From Dicyema japonicum (Eukaryota; Animalia; Dicyemida): a stretch of 64,000 bases of DNA. The stretch's first letter is position 1, and the number at the start of each line of letters is the position of its first letter. Made by a program: the position numbers and the translations under genes. The notes under the pieces were generated by a model. The model did no database searches. It was given only the letters and a program-made list of their open reading frames with translations, and had not been told where the DNA came from. Below, piece by piece: positions 1-12,394 of this stretch. Location of the stretch: assembly GCA_011109175.1 (NCBI GenBank), contig RDEW01000001.1:384395-448394 (forward strand), given 5' to 3'.

Positions 1-2309
1 TTAACTTTCTGGAGGCCCCTGGTGATCATGTCTGTTGCGTGGGAGTTGAATTTGAGAAGGCTGTCGTACTTGACTCCAAGGACAATGGGGGACTTTGTCA
101 CTGGAATCCTAGTGGGACCAATGAAAAGACTCGGTTCATCCTTGGAACGACGGTCCGACGTGAATGTGGAACAGATAGACTTGGTTGCAGAAATCGTTAG
201 TCGATTGCCAGCAATCCAATCGTGGAGAATGTTCAATTTTGTCTGAGTTTTAAGGGATGCGACTTGAGTCGAGCGGTTCCGTATTGCAATGACTACGTCG
301 TCTGCGTAGGATAATAACAGGGAATCTTCGTCTCCATCATTAGGTAGGTCGTGTAGGAAAAGGTTGAATAGAATTGGTGAAAGTGGAGACCCCTGGGGTA
401 CCCCGTTCGGTAGTAATCGTGATCTAGATCTGAGATCACCACTGACTACTCTTCCACGTCTTCCAGACAAAAAGTTGGCCAGCCATAATTTCACATTCGG
501 ACGAATATTAGTAGAAAAATTTTTCCAACCAAGATTTTCCTCGAAACAGTGTCAAAGGCTTTGTTGATGTCAATAGAAACCAAGATTGTGCGTTTGTGAG
601 GCGGAGGATGGGTGTTAAAACCGTCGGCAATGAACTGCGATAAAGTTGCCAAGTATGTAGCGGTGGACCTACCGCGGAGGAAACCATGTTGAAATATAGG
701 ACGCGGAAGATACGGAATAATGACTGATAATACAAGTTTCTCCATAATTTTTGACAGTGTGCTGGTAACGGAAATAGGCCTGTAGGATGCAGGTTCTGTC
801 TCTGGTTTCCCAGCCTTCAATATCGGTCTGATGATAGAATTCTTCCAAATCTTAGGAATAATATTATAGTTAATGGACAGATTGTATATATGCGTGAGGT
901 AGCCAATTGCGTAGTGGCTTAGGTGTTTTAGGTGAATAGAAGATACTTTGTCAGGCCCGCACGCCCGTGAGCTCTTTAATCTGGTGATCACATCCAAGAC
1001 TTGGTCATCTGTGAATAGTTCGTGATAAGGTTCCTTCTTCGGTTTATGGGCACGCACCTTAATGTCCAGGTGTTTCGAGAATGGTTTGAAGCTAATTCCA
1101 GCGTAATGTTTCATAAGGATGTTAGGATGTAGGTGGCATAAGTGTTCAGGAGAAGACTTTCCGGTTCCGTCTGCATCATCCAGCTCCGACTTGACTTGTT
1201 TAAGAGTTTTCCAGAAGTGTCGGGATGTACTTTTCCTGTCGAGGTGGTTAACTAGATGCTGCCATCTCTTGTCCTTGTGTTCTTTTATGCTCTGACAGAT
1301 TCTTTTATTCAGTTGTCTGAGGGCTGTCAAAGACTTCATGTCCAACAGATGGCATCTCTTCAGCCGGTCTCTTTGTTTTATAAGACTTATTGTATAAGAG
1401 CTGAGGGTAGGAATAAACTTCTTGTATGACGATATAGGAATAAAAATATGGTCAGCTTTCTGAATGGCAGCGCTGATAATTTCTGCGGCCTCGTCAATAG
1501 AGCGTATTGGGAAGGATAATCTCCCGGCCAAGAATTTATCCACAAGGTTACTGAAACCAGACCAGTCAACCTTCGTATAATCCTTGAATCTTTTTGATTC
1601 CGCCGACCGTCTCCTGTATCGTCGAAGACCTCTCAATTTTAGAAGGATTGGATTGTGGTCACTGGGAAGCCGTAAAAGACGTTCCAGGAAATGAGTCCAG
1701 CCAGAGAAGGTGAGCATAATGTTAAGTCGGGGGATGTGCAGCTATCAGTCATCCTTAATGGGGTCCTCGTATGTGAGTTAGGGTTGTTCAGTATAATCAG
1801 GTCAGGAAGATAATTTGCAATGAGTTCTCCTCGGTTATCAGAGGATTGGGAAGTGAGCCAAACTGGATGTCGTGCATTAAGATCCCCACATAACAGTAGA
1901 TTTTTCAATGTTGAAATGCGTGATAAATCAGGGGTGTAAGATGACGGACACGATCCTTGTGGAGGAATATATATATTAGCCAAATGGATCCAAAAGGATG
2001 GGAATAACTCGATTTTGACAGTAATCTGCTCCAAAGTCTTGTCGGAGCCAAGAAGCTCGAGGTTCGTTGTTGTATCCATAAAAGAATATCGTTCTTTATA
2101 ATAGTAAGTAGTCCTCCTCCGCGTCCTCCCTGACGATCTTTACGGATCACTGTGTATCCGGGAAAAGAGGGTGTTGGTATGGAGGGAGATAGCTTGGACT
2201 CCTGTATTAAAGCGAGGTCAGCCTCATTATCGCGGAGGAGTGCCCGGAGTTCAAAGATTTTCTTCCTGATCCCATTCGTATTCAGTTGTATAATTGTAAA
2301 ACCTCTCCA

Positions 2310-2369
2310 TGGACCAGGATTGGTTTCGACGTCCCCACATAGAAGAATCAAAAGTCTGGATAAATGGGG
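2310..2369 (-). other. 2A-like ribosomal StopGo peptide (D-V-E-T-N-P-G-P)
   Basis: Exact match to the D(V/I)ExNPGP consensus, preceded by a hydrophobic LLILLCG stretch and directly upstream of the APE domain. Confidence 0.88.
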
Positions 2370-2404
2370 ACACCAGACAGGGTCGAAGACACAGGGGATG
2401 AAAG

Positions 2405-2493
2405 GACCACCAGACGGTGGGGAGAAGCTGTTGGCTCTTTTCGTTCCATTTTGGAATGGGTGACACCGTTTCTGGTGAGCCACATGACACCAC
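2405..2493 (-). ncRNA. Predicted pseudoknotted RNA element at the LINE 5' end (HDV-like stem order, non-canonical loops)
   Basis: Minus strand: ggtgtc-atgt-ggctc-acc-agaaac-ggt-gtcacc-ca-ttcca-aaa-tggaa-cgaaaa-gagcc, followed by the hairpin ccacc-gtct-ggtgg. Stems covary with the SINE copies at 20421 and 55112. Confidence 0.55.
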
Positions 2494-2522
2494 GCTAACA
2501 TTTCTAATTATCCTTTGAACAA

Positions 2523-3570
2523 TTACTTATTACTTCCTTTGAACAATTTGAGTCTGTAATAAACGATCAATACATGTGAGTTCAATCATAATACTAGTGA
2601 TCTTGTCATTATCTTCTTTACGTCCCCCATAACTGGCCAGTGTCAGCAAATGAGGGATATTTTGACTGAACTAGACGAAGACAAGGTGATGTACGAGAGA
2701 GTCATCCTTGAGGTAGTCTTCTGGTTACATTTCAGGTCCCTTCGGAGGAAATGATCCTTTTGTCGCAGAAATACCAAGTGAAGGTGGCCCCAACAGTGAT
2801 ATTTGTCAGAGTTTGGGAATTTTGTTATTAAAGGGTGGATTTGAATTTGACAGAGTGGAAGGTTTTGATACCTTCGAATTGGTCTCCAAAATGTCAGATT
2901 TGGTGGAGAGTGAGGACATTGACCTGAGATTGGACAACTTCTTTTCCCAACTACTCAATCAGACAAAAATCGTAGTTCTGGTGGACTCTGATCAGCAGAA
3001 AAGTTATAATTTTTACTTTTTGAAGAAGTCATCAGTCATTCTTTGGATGTTTTGGGTTGACCCACGTGTCCTCATTCGTTGAGTTGAGTCTCCTCCAAAT
3101 AGCATGTTTTAATCCATTTTATCGCAGTCCTCCGAAAGTCAGGGAAAATATCTGGTGGAACTCCTCAAATATTCAGAGATGGAGTGGGAATTGCAGTCTT
3201 GGAGTCCCTGGATTCAAATTATGTGGACAAGCAACTTGGGAACCTGCTTGTGATGAGCATTGACGACAGACTGAGAGAACTTATTGGGAGTTCCAAGGTG
3301 ATGCTGTTCATGAAGGGAACTCCCAAACAACCCAGATGTGGGTTCTCCCGCAAAATGGTTGAAATGTTGGAATCTAGAGGGTATTTATGGGTTATATGGT
3401 AGAATTGAGTTCGGATATTTTGATATTTTGGGGGATGAAGAAGTGAGAAGTGAATTGAAGAGATATTCCAATTGGCCTACATATCCTCAACTTTATGCCA
3501 ACTCCGAACTCATTGGTGATTGGACGTGGTAAAGGAATTGGTTGAGGGTGGCGAATTTTTGATTGATTAG
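2523..3570 (+). CDS. GLRX3: Glutaredoxin-3/PICOT-like monothiol glutaredoxin (Trx-like + degenerate Grx + CGFS Grx); start codon not found in window
   Basis: Splicing introns 2576-2597, 2713-2735, 2811-2833, 3003-3025, 3106-3127 and 3381-3402 gives ITSFEQFE...QCQQM...VAPTVIF...DRVEGFD...[18 protein letters not shown]...[10 protein letters not shown]...[10 protein letters not shown]...IG[G]LDVVKEL. Apparent 1-nt losses near 3055 and 3517. Confidence 0.88.
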
Positions 3571-6289
3571 ATATTAAATTCTTTGTTTTACGATGTCATC
3601 TGTTTGGTGGGGGTAGGCTGCTCGATAAAGGTACCTTGTGAACTTTAAGACGTTGTCACCTAACTTGCTTAGCTCATTTTTGAGATTATGGTTGCATTAA
3701 GGCAATTTCAAGTTAAATAGTTCGCTGAACTGACTAATCTAGTTATCCTGGCGCGGTCTAGTAGAGTCCTCAATTAGGAGTAGAAGACATTGTCTGGAAA
3801 GATGAGGTCGATGACACAAGTCGTCAGAGAGCAAATAGGGTTCTTGATAAAAAGCCACAGATTAATGTTTATTCAACTACTGAGTTATTAATGTGGTGCT
3901 ATGTTGCTATTTGAATTGAAGATTGTTGCTTGTTTTTTCTGTTCCTTCTCTTCCCTTTTTCTCCCAGGGAGCTTGAATTGTTAGCATGACTCTAGAATAA
4001 TCTTAATTTAATTTGATATCTAAAAAGGACCAGTAGTCAACAACCATTCAGAGGAGTTCCCCTTAGACGACACTTCTCTTAAGTCCGAGCATGCAAAGAC
4101 TGCTGAGGGAGGCCGGGATCACTTGATCACTTTCTTGTGCCCTAGTAGATAGGAAACGTCTAATCTTGAGCTTACAAAAATCAATCGGGAGACAAAATTT
4201 CTAAGTCAATCGACCTTTTCGCACAAGATTATGTAAGGAGAAGCAGAGAAAACCGGATCTGTGGCCGAATTTCCTGTAAACAGGGGTTCAATGAGTATTC
4301 ATTTTTGGAGATCTGCTTTATATTGTTCCATTTTAACTTGGCGGTTGATACTAATAGACCATTCGTGTACTCTATCCTATTTCAGTCGTGGGTTGGTGGC
4401 TGCAAGGGATGCAGAACGGTTAACTCATCCGCATAGAATAACAGAGGGAAATCGTCATCATCGGCCGTAAGTAGGTCGTGTAGAAACAAGTTAAAGAAGA
4501 CTGGGGAAATAAGGATCTCATCTCAAGTGCTACGACCAGGGTCGGAGAAAACTTGTTATGCGCAATCCATCGTCTTGTTTTGAGGATCGTCAAAGGTGAT
4601 GTCAACAGTTATGCCAGAGATTTTGTTTGGCGAGATCCCTTACCATTCAACAACCTCGATGGGGAAGGAACATTTGTTGTATTGCTGTCGGAAATTACTA
4701 CGACGTCTATGTCCAAAAATAGCTGCAAGACGCTTCAGAGTCGTCATCCTGCGTAGAGTGAGAGGGTGGGTTGAAAGGCTGATGTCCATTCAACGAGGTC
4801 TTTCTTCGATTCGAGGACCCTAATGGACATCTTATTGATGTTAAATTGAACATCTCCAAGCAACTCTTTTTGACATACTCGTTAGTCTTCAAACACTGGA
4901 CGTTGTAAACACCATTGATTCACACCTAATATCCTTAGTGAGGATGTTCTAAACGCCTGACCAGACGATCAAACTCCCGATTTCTCGGGGTGACCTCTAT
5001 CTATAATCCAAAGCAGACATGAGCTTCATGCTTTTCTTGAGCTTCCTGCTTTTCTCCTTGATGCCCTATGGGGGTTATTTCAAAATCTTTTAGTTATATC
5101 CAACACCGACGTGCTTTTTTGTTGTCGGAGACGTCTGCAGAGAGCGGTGCCTGATCCAAAGCCATTCTTAATGGAGTTTTGAATTCTTTCTGGATGATGA
5201 ATGCGTCTGTATTGAATTTCATTACGACTCGCCACTGACTGTTTTGTCCTTCACCCACTCTCGTACAAGAGGAACGAATCAGTCTTGACGATATTTTGTC
5301 GAAAATCGACTGAGAGGAACGTGTCAAAAACTTCCAAGTCTGTCTCGAAGTTTCTACCCAACGTCCTTCCATAAGGATCCTCCTGTCACTAGCCCTGTTT
5401 GATTTGTTTTGACAAGATCTATTAAATGATTCCGACAACTAACTTTCCAATGCAAATGATATAATCCTCGCTTACAGAGACAAAGGTGTCCAAAGCCACA
5501 AGACGACTGCAGTATCCTAAGCAGATAGTTGGACACAATTTTAACGACTTCAAGTTCAGAAAATCATGCACTATAATCTGGCTTTACGTGAGGTATCAGT
5601 GATGACAGCGTCACTTGCCAAGCCTAGAATGTTGTTAATTCAATTTTATAATTGTTTCCTTTAAGACAAATACAATTATGTTTTGTTAATTCCACTATTC
5701 CTCTTGAGCCATCTCGCCACTCTATTCTCTCCCTTTCGCAATCCTGCAAGAAGCCTGATCAATCTGATAAACTTTGACGTGTTAAAACCAGGTGCGTCAA
5801 ACGACTTAGCGTGGATTGGCTAGAGGGCGAACCGATCCCCAATTTTTTGTAAGGTGGAGGAACGAATCAGTCTTTCCTCATAAAATTTCTACCCCAGACG
5901 TGAATAATGGTTAATCAAGGAAAACCGTATCAAAAGTAATGACTAATCACCATGAAACAAGGACTTTAGTCGGTTACGGACAATGGATAACTCGTCATGC
6001 AGAAAGTTAGCATTTATAATCTTCTGTATATTTACTTACAGCCTGAGACCTGAAAAATAAGGGGGAGAAAACGATTTACAGAGTGTCGATAATATAGGCG
6101 TCTCCATGATCGTCACATATTCTAGGTATCATATACAGTTCAACTACCCAATAGAAAAGCGCCCATACACAGAGATTAAAATAATTTATCCATTTTTTTC
6201 AATACTATTTTTTAATTATTTATTAAACAACATGTGATAAATAAAAAAGCCATTTTATTTATTAACTAAAATATAACAGGTTAAAGATA

Positions 6290-6810
6290 TCCTACGTTTT
6301 CTAACCGGCTGTTATGAACAACATTGTAATGCGTGCTTTTGAAGCTGCAGACTTCCCGGTAGTGCTGGAGCCCGTGGGATTGGACGGCGGAGACGGGGAA
6401 AGACCAAATAGGCTAACAATCTTTCCGTTCACTGAAAGAAAATCGCTATTATGGGACTGCACTGTTGTGGATTCTTTTTCCAATTTGATGATACTCAGCT
6501 CGTTGCAGTCTGCTTTATCGGCAGCCGATTTGGCCAAGAAAACCTAGATTAAAAATATTGAGTAATTGGAGATCGCTTTCGATTTATACCGGTGGTAACC
6601 GAAACGTCTGGTGCTGCGGGAAGTATCACAGCCTTTTTCCTGAAGTAAATCGGTGTGAAATTTGCCCATTGTAAGAAAGACATGGGGGGGCGGGGAGCGG
6701 TCTGGCTAAAGCAACAAATTGGGATTGCAGTTGTCCGTGGAAACACTTACTCCGTACTGTCAACAGCCTCTCTTCCCCGTTATTGCTAATAAATAATATT
6801 TTATTGTTGA
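6290..6810 (+). mobile_element. 3' fragment of CRE-like RLE retrotransposon (degraded)
   Basis: LEPVGLD-GDGERPN-LTIFPF-LLWDCT...FIPVVTETSG...IAVVRGN, homologous to the C-terminus encoded at 38100-38538. Confidence 0.85.
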
Positions 6811-9800
6811 ATAAACGTGTTTTAAAAGAGAGAAAACATTTAAAATAGTAATCGCTAATTTTTTTTTATATTGTATTTTTCCGTAATTTTTTTAACCAAT
6901 TGAAGATTTTACTAGTCATCCATGCATTCTTGGATGTACATAAACTACATTTATGGTAATATGGTTTGCAGAATCAAATCCTTTCTAGCTACTGAATGAT
7001 CCTCGGTTGATTTTTTTAAAAATAAATTGAATATATTTTAAAAATCATCAAGGTTATTGGAAACGTTAAACAGCTATAAAATATCTAGGAAATTTACTAT
7101 CCAGAAGACAATCCCACTTCCGCAGTGATGAACACAGATGACGGGGTCACCCGTCAACCTCAAAGCATCGTGGAATTTTTCAACCGAACTCGAGACCTCC
7201 GGAACTTATTACACCGTGCAACTCTTAAACACTAAATCTGAAAAATACGGAATTCACGTGCTAGACTTCTCTCTCTTAATGTTCTATGTCAGGATGTTCT
7301 CTAGTCGGGATACTTGACATCATAGAACCACTGCAGGTGGCCGTCTGACATTTTTTATATGAAAACGAGGAGCACAACGATTTTTGCGAGAATCTGGAGT
7401 CATTATGATGGCTGTTTGGGTCTGTACTTTTTCTGAACCAAGGGACCCCACAAATGTGACCATTGAAGACTACTTTGTTCGGACGCTCCACGTTTCCCTG
7501 GTAAATAAGAACAACAAACCGACTGACCTTGAAAAACAATTTAAAGAATCTGTGAGTCGCCTCAGGGACAGGTCACTAAAATCTTTGTTGAATCCGAAAT
7601 TGCCTTGCATGAGGAAGACCTTACAAGACTTGTTTGAGGGAGTTTGATATCATCTTACTTCCCCCTACATTCACCGGTAAAGTGAAGAAAGTTGCGATTG
7701 CAGTTGTCCGCGGAAACATTTGCTCTGTATTGTCAACAGCCTTTCTTCCCCGTTATTGCTAATAAATAATATTTTATTGTAGAATAAACATGTTTTAAAA
7801 GAGAGAAAACATTTAAAATAGTAATCGCTAATTTTTTCCTATATTGTATTTTTCCGTAATTTTTTCTAACCAATTGAAGATATTGCTAGTAATCCATGCA
7901 TTTTTGGATGTACATAAACTACATTTATAGTAATACGGTTTGCAGAATCAAATCCTTGTCTAGCTACTGAATGACCCTCGGTTGATTTTTTTAAAAATAA
8001 ATTGAATATATTTTGAAAAAAAGTCATGAAGGTTATTGGAAACGTTGAACAGCTATAAAATATCTAGGAAATTTTCTATCCAGAAGACAATCCCACTTCC
8101 GTAGTGATGAACACAGATGACGGGGTCACCCGTCAACCTCAAAGCATCGTGGAATTTTCAACCGAACTCGAGACCTCCGGAACTTATTACACCGTGCAAC
8201 TCTTAAACACTATATCTGGAAAATACGGAATTCACGTGCTAGACTTCTCTCTCTTAATGTTCTATGTCAGGATGTTCTCTAGTCGGGATACTTGACATCA
8301 TAGAACCACTGCAGGTGGCCGTCTGACATTTTTTATATGAAAACGAGGAGCACAACGACTTTTGCGAGAATCTGGAGTCATTATGATGGCTGTTTGGGTC
8401 TGTACTTTTTCTGAACCAAGGGACCCCACAAATGTGACCATTGAAGACTACTTTGTTCGGACGCTCCACGTTTCCCTGGTAAATAAGAACAACAAACCGA
8501 CTGACCTTGAAAAACAATTTAAAGAATCTGTGAGTCGCCTCAGGGACAGGTCACTAAAATCTTTGTTGAATCCGAAATTGCCTTGCATGAGGAAGACCTT
8601 ACAAGACTTGTTTGAGGGAGTTTGATATCATCTTACTTCCCCCTACATTCACCGGTAAAGTGAAGAAAGTTGCGATTGCAGTTGTCCGCGGAAACATTTG
8701 CTCTGTATTGTCAACAGCCTTTCTTCCCCGTTATTGCTAATAAATAATATTTTATTGTAGAATAAACATGTTTTAAAAGAGAGAAAACATTTAAAATAGT
8801 AATCGCTAATTTTTTCCTATATTGTATTTTTCCGTAATTTTTTTCTAACCAATTGAAGATATTGCTAGTAATCCATGCATTTTTGGATGTACATAAACTA
8901 CATTTATAGTAATACGGTTTGCAGAATCAAATCCTTGTCTAGCTACTGAATGACCCTCGGTTGATTTTTTTAAAAATAAATTGAATATATTTTGAAAAAA
9001 AGTCATGAAGGTTATTGGAAACGTTGAACAGCTATAAAATATCTAGGAAATTTTCTATCCAGAAGACAATCCCACTTCCGTAGTGATGAACACAGATGAC
9101 GGGGTCACCCGTCAACCTCAAAGCATCGTGGAATTTTCAACCGAACTCGAGACCTCCGGAACTTATTACACCGTGCAACTCTTAAACACTATATCTGGAA
9201 AATACGGAATTCACGTGCTAGACTTCTCTCTCTTAATGTTCTATGTCAGGATGTTCTCTAGTCGGGATACTTGACATCATAGAACCACTGCAGGTGGCCG
9301 TCTGACATTTTTTATATGAAAACGAGGAGCACAACGACTTTTGCGAGAATCTGGAGTCATTATGATGGCTGTTTGGGTCTGTACTTTTTCTGAACCAAGG
9401 GACCCCACAAATGTGACCATTGAAGACTACTTTGTTCGGACGCTCCACGTTTCCCTGGTAAATAAGAACAACAAACCGACTGACCTTGAAAAACAATTTA
9501 AAGAATCTGTGAGTCGCCTCAGGGACAGGTCACTAAAATCTTTGTTGAATCCGAAATTGCCTTGCATGAGGAAGACCTTACAAGACTTGTTTGAGGGAGT
9601 TTGATATCATCTTACTTCCCCCTACATTCACCGGTAAAGTGAAGAAAGTTGCGATTGCAGTTGTCCGCGGAAACACTTACTCCGTACTGTCAACTGCCGC
9701 TCTTGGCCGTTATTGCTAATAAATAATATTTTATTGTTGAATAAACATGTTTTAAAGGAGAGAAAACATTTAAAATAGTAATCGCTAATTTTTTCCTATA

Positions 9801-11596
9801 TTGTATTTTTCCCGTAATTTTTTGTAACCAATTGAAGATATTACTAGTCATCCATGCATTTTTGGATGTACATAAACTACATTTATAGTAATACGGTTTG
9901 CAGAATCAAATCCTTGTCTAGCTACTGAATGACCCTCGGTTGATTTTTTTAAAAATAAATTGAATATATTTTAAAAAAATCATGAAGGTTATTGGAAACG
10001 TTAAACAACTATAAAATATCTAGGAAATTTACTATCTAGAAGACAATCCTACTTCCGCAGTGATGAACATAGATGACGGGGTTACCAGTCAACCTCAAAA
10101 CATCGTGGAATTTCCAACCGAACTCGAGACCTCCGGAGCATGTTACACCGTGCAACTCTTAAACACTAAATCTGAAAAATACGGAATTCACGTGCTAGAC
10201 TTCTCCCTCTTAATGTTCTATGTCAGGATGTTCTCTAGTCGGGATACCTGTCCTCATAGAACCACTCCAGGTTGCCGTCTGACATTTTTTATAAGAAAAC
10301 GAGGAGCACAACGATTTTTGCGAGAATCTGGAGTCATTATGATGGCTGTTTGGGCCTGTACTTCTTCTGAACCAAGGGACCCCACAAATGTGACCACTGA
10401 AGACTACTTTGTTCGGACGCTCCACGTTTCCCTGCTAAATAAGAACAACAAACCGACTGACCTTGAAAAACAATTTAAAGAATCTGTGAGTCGCCTCAGG
10501 GACAGGTCACTAAAATCTTTGTTGAATCCGAAATTGCCTTGCATGAGGAAGACCTTACAAGACTTGTTTGAGGGAATCTGATTTCATCTTACTTCCCCTA
10601 CATTCACCGGTAAAGTGAAGAAAGTTGCGATTGCAGTTGTCCGCGGAAACATTTGCTCTGTATTGTCAACAGCCGCTCTTCCCCGTTATTGCTAATAAAT
10701 AATATTTTATTGTTGAATAAACGTGTTTTAAAAGAGAGAAAACATTTAAAATAGTAATCGCTAATTTTTTCCTATATTGTATTTTTCCGTAATTTTTTGT
10801 AACCAATTGAAGATATTACTAGTCATCTATGCTTTCTTGGATGTACATAAACTACATTTATAGTAATATGGTTTGCAGAATCAAATCCTTTCTAGCTACT
10901 GAATGACCCTCGGTTGATTTTTTTAAAATAAATTGAATATATTTTAAAAAAATCATGAAGGTTATTGGAAACGTTAAACAACTATAAAATATCTAGGAAA
11001 TTTTCTATCCAGAAGACAATCCTACTTCCGCAGTGATGAACACAGATGACGGGGTCACCCGTCAACCTCAAAGCATCGTGGAATTTTCAACCGAACTCGA
11101 GACCTCCGGAACTTATTACACCGTGCAACTCTTAAACACTAAATCTGAAAAATACGGAATTCACGTGCTAGACATCTCCCTCTTAATGTTCTATGTAAGG
11201 ATGTTCTCTAGTCGGGATATCTGTCCTCATAGAACCACTCTAGGTGCCGTCTGACATTTTTATAAGAAAACGAGGAGCACAACGATTTTTGCGAGATTCT
11301 GGAGTCATTATGATGGCTGTTTGGGACTGTACTTCTTCTGAACCAAGGGACCCCACAAATGTGACCATTGAAGACTACTTTGTTCGGACGCTCCACGTTT
11401 CCCTGGTAAATAAGAACAACAAACCGACTGACCTTGAAAAACAATTTTAAGAAATTGGGAGTCGCCTCAGGGACAGGTCACTAAAATCTTTGTTGAATCC
11501 GAAATTGCCTTGCATGAGGAAGACCTTACAAGACTTGTTTGAGGGAATCTGATATCATCTTACTTCCCCTACATCACCGGTAAAGTGAAGAAAGTT
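6723..11596. repeat. Tandem array of 5 x ~975 bp units
   Basis: Unit starts (gattgcagttgtccg) at 6723, 7696, 8674, 9653 and 10629; the ORF track repeats identical translations. Each unit is a CRE 3' tail, an AT-rich spacer, an antisense tRNA-SINE relic and an unknown ORF fragment. Confidence 0.97.
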
Positions 11597-11974
11597 TATG
11601 CCGAAGACAACTTGAAAGAACTACTGCCCAAGGTTTTACTTAAATGACTATAAAACTGAAAAATTGTGTTTTGAATGACGAAATCGATATTCAAGGACCA
11701 AGACAAAGAGAAAAATTTTAATTAAACCGTGAATCCACTCGAATTGATTCTATCCGAAACGGAAGTTGGCTTGAAGCTGTCGATTATTATTTTAAAAATT
11801 TTATTGAAGTAAAGAGATAATTTTGATAAAAATGGAATTTTAATCAAGTCCGTCAGAATACGGACAAGTTTATCAGCGAAATTGTACAATATTAGCAGGA
11901 GAAATCCAGTCACCATGGAAGACGCTAATGAACAGATTCAAAAATGATATTTCAGTAACGATTTATTGGAATCA

Positions 11975-12220
11975 AGCAAATCCATCCAGAACCAGCATAA
12001 AAGGAAAAGACGTCCATTCTTTGCAGATGTGGAAACCCCTATAGTGGAGTGAGGGAAAATAAATGATGCTATGCGTGCCATCCTGGCACTGGGCGACACT
12101 TGAGATAGGTGGATCACATGACTCCTCTCTATTAAAAAGGGAAGAGGAGAGTAGAACGAAAAAACAGAAATCTTCAATCAAGTAGCCACATGACACTACA
12201 CTAACGTCGGCACCACGGAG
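11975..12220 (-). mobile_element. Diverged copy of the bipartite non-tRNA SINE (family A)
   Basis: Reverse complement aligns to 55023-55260 (gtcatgtgatccacct...cgcccagtgccagg...ggggtttccaca...aatggacgtctt). Confidence 0.8.
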
Positions 12221-12394
12221 ATTTATCCTTCAACAGTTGATTTGGTCAGGGAGAAGGTATCCTCGAGAAAATGGCTGTTCATTTTGAGAAATTTTAAATT
12301 TGAAAACGTTTTTATTTTTTTATTTTAATAATATTTTTATTTGCTTCTTTATATTATTTAAAAGTCTTCCTACTTATGAGGTACGATTCATTTT

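Larger units (their letters stand above)
1..2501 (-). mobile_element. ORF1-less APE-endonuclease/RT non-LTR retrotransposon (Ingi/Vingi-like) with N-terminal 2A-like peptide; 3' end runs off the window
   Basis: Joined minus frames read LLILLCGDVETNPGP, then the EN domain (QLNTNG, LIQES, GDLNA, SPDLT, SDH), then RT (GPDKV, YRPIS, QHGF, DINKAFD, GVPQGSPLSP, YADD near 300). Only three frame breaks (~2080, ~1669, ~517), each a 1-nt loss in a homopolymer. Clade assignment is inferred from the architecture. Confidence 0.9.

Noticed and set aside
10060-10581. 173-aa ORF as a tandemly amplified gene
   Set aside because: Its N-terminal part is the antisense of a SINE relic and the other four units are broken by stops or frameshifts; no recognisable domain.
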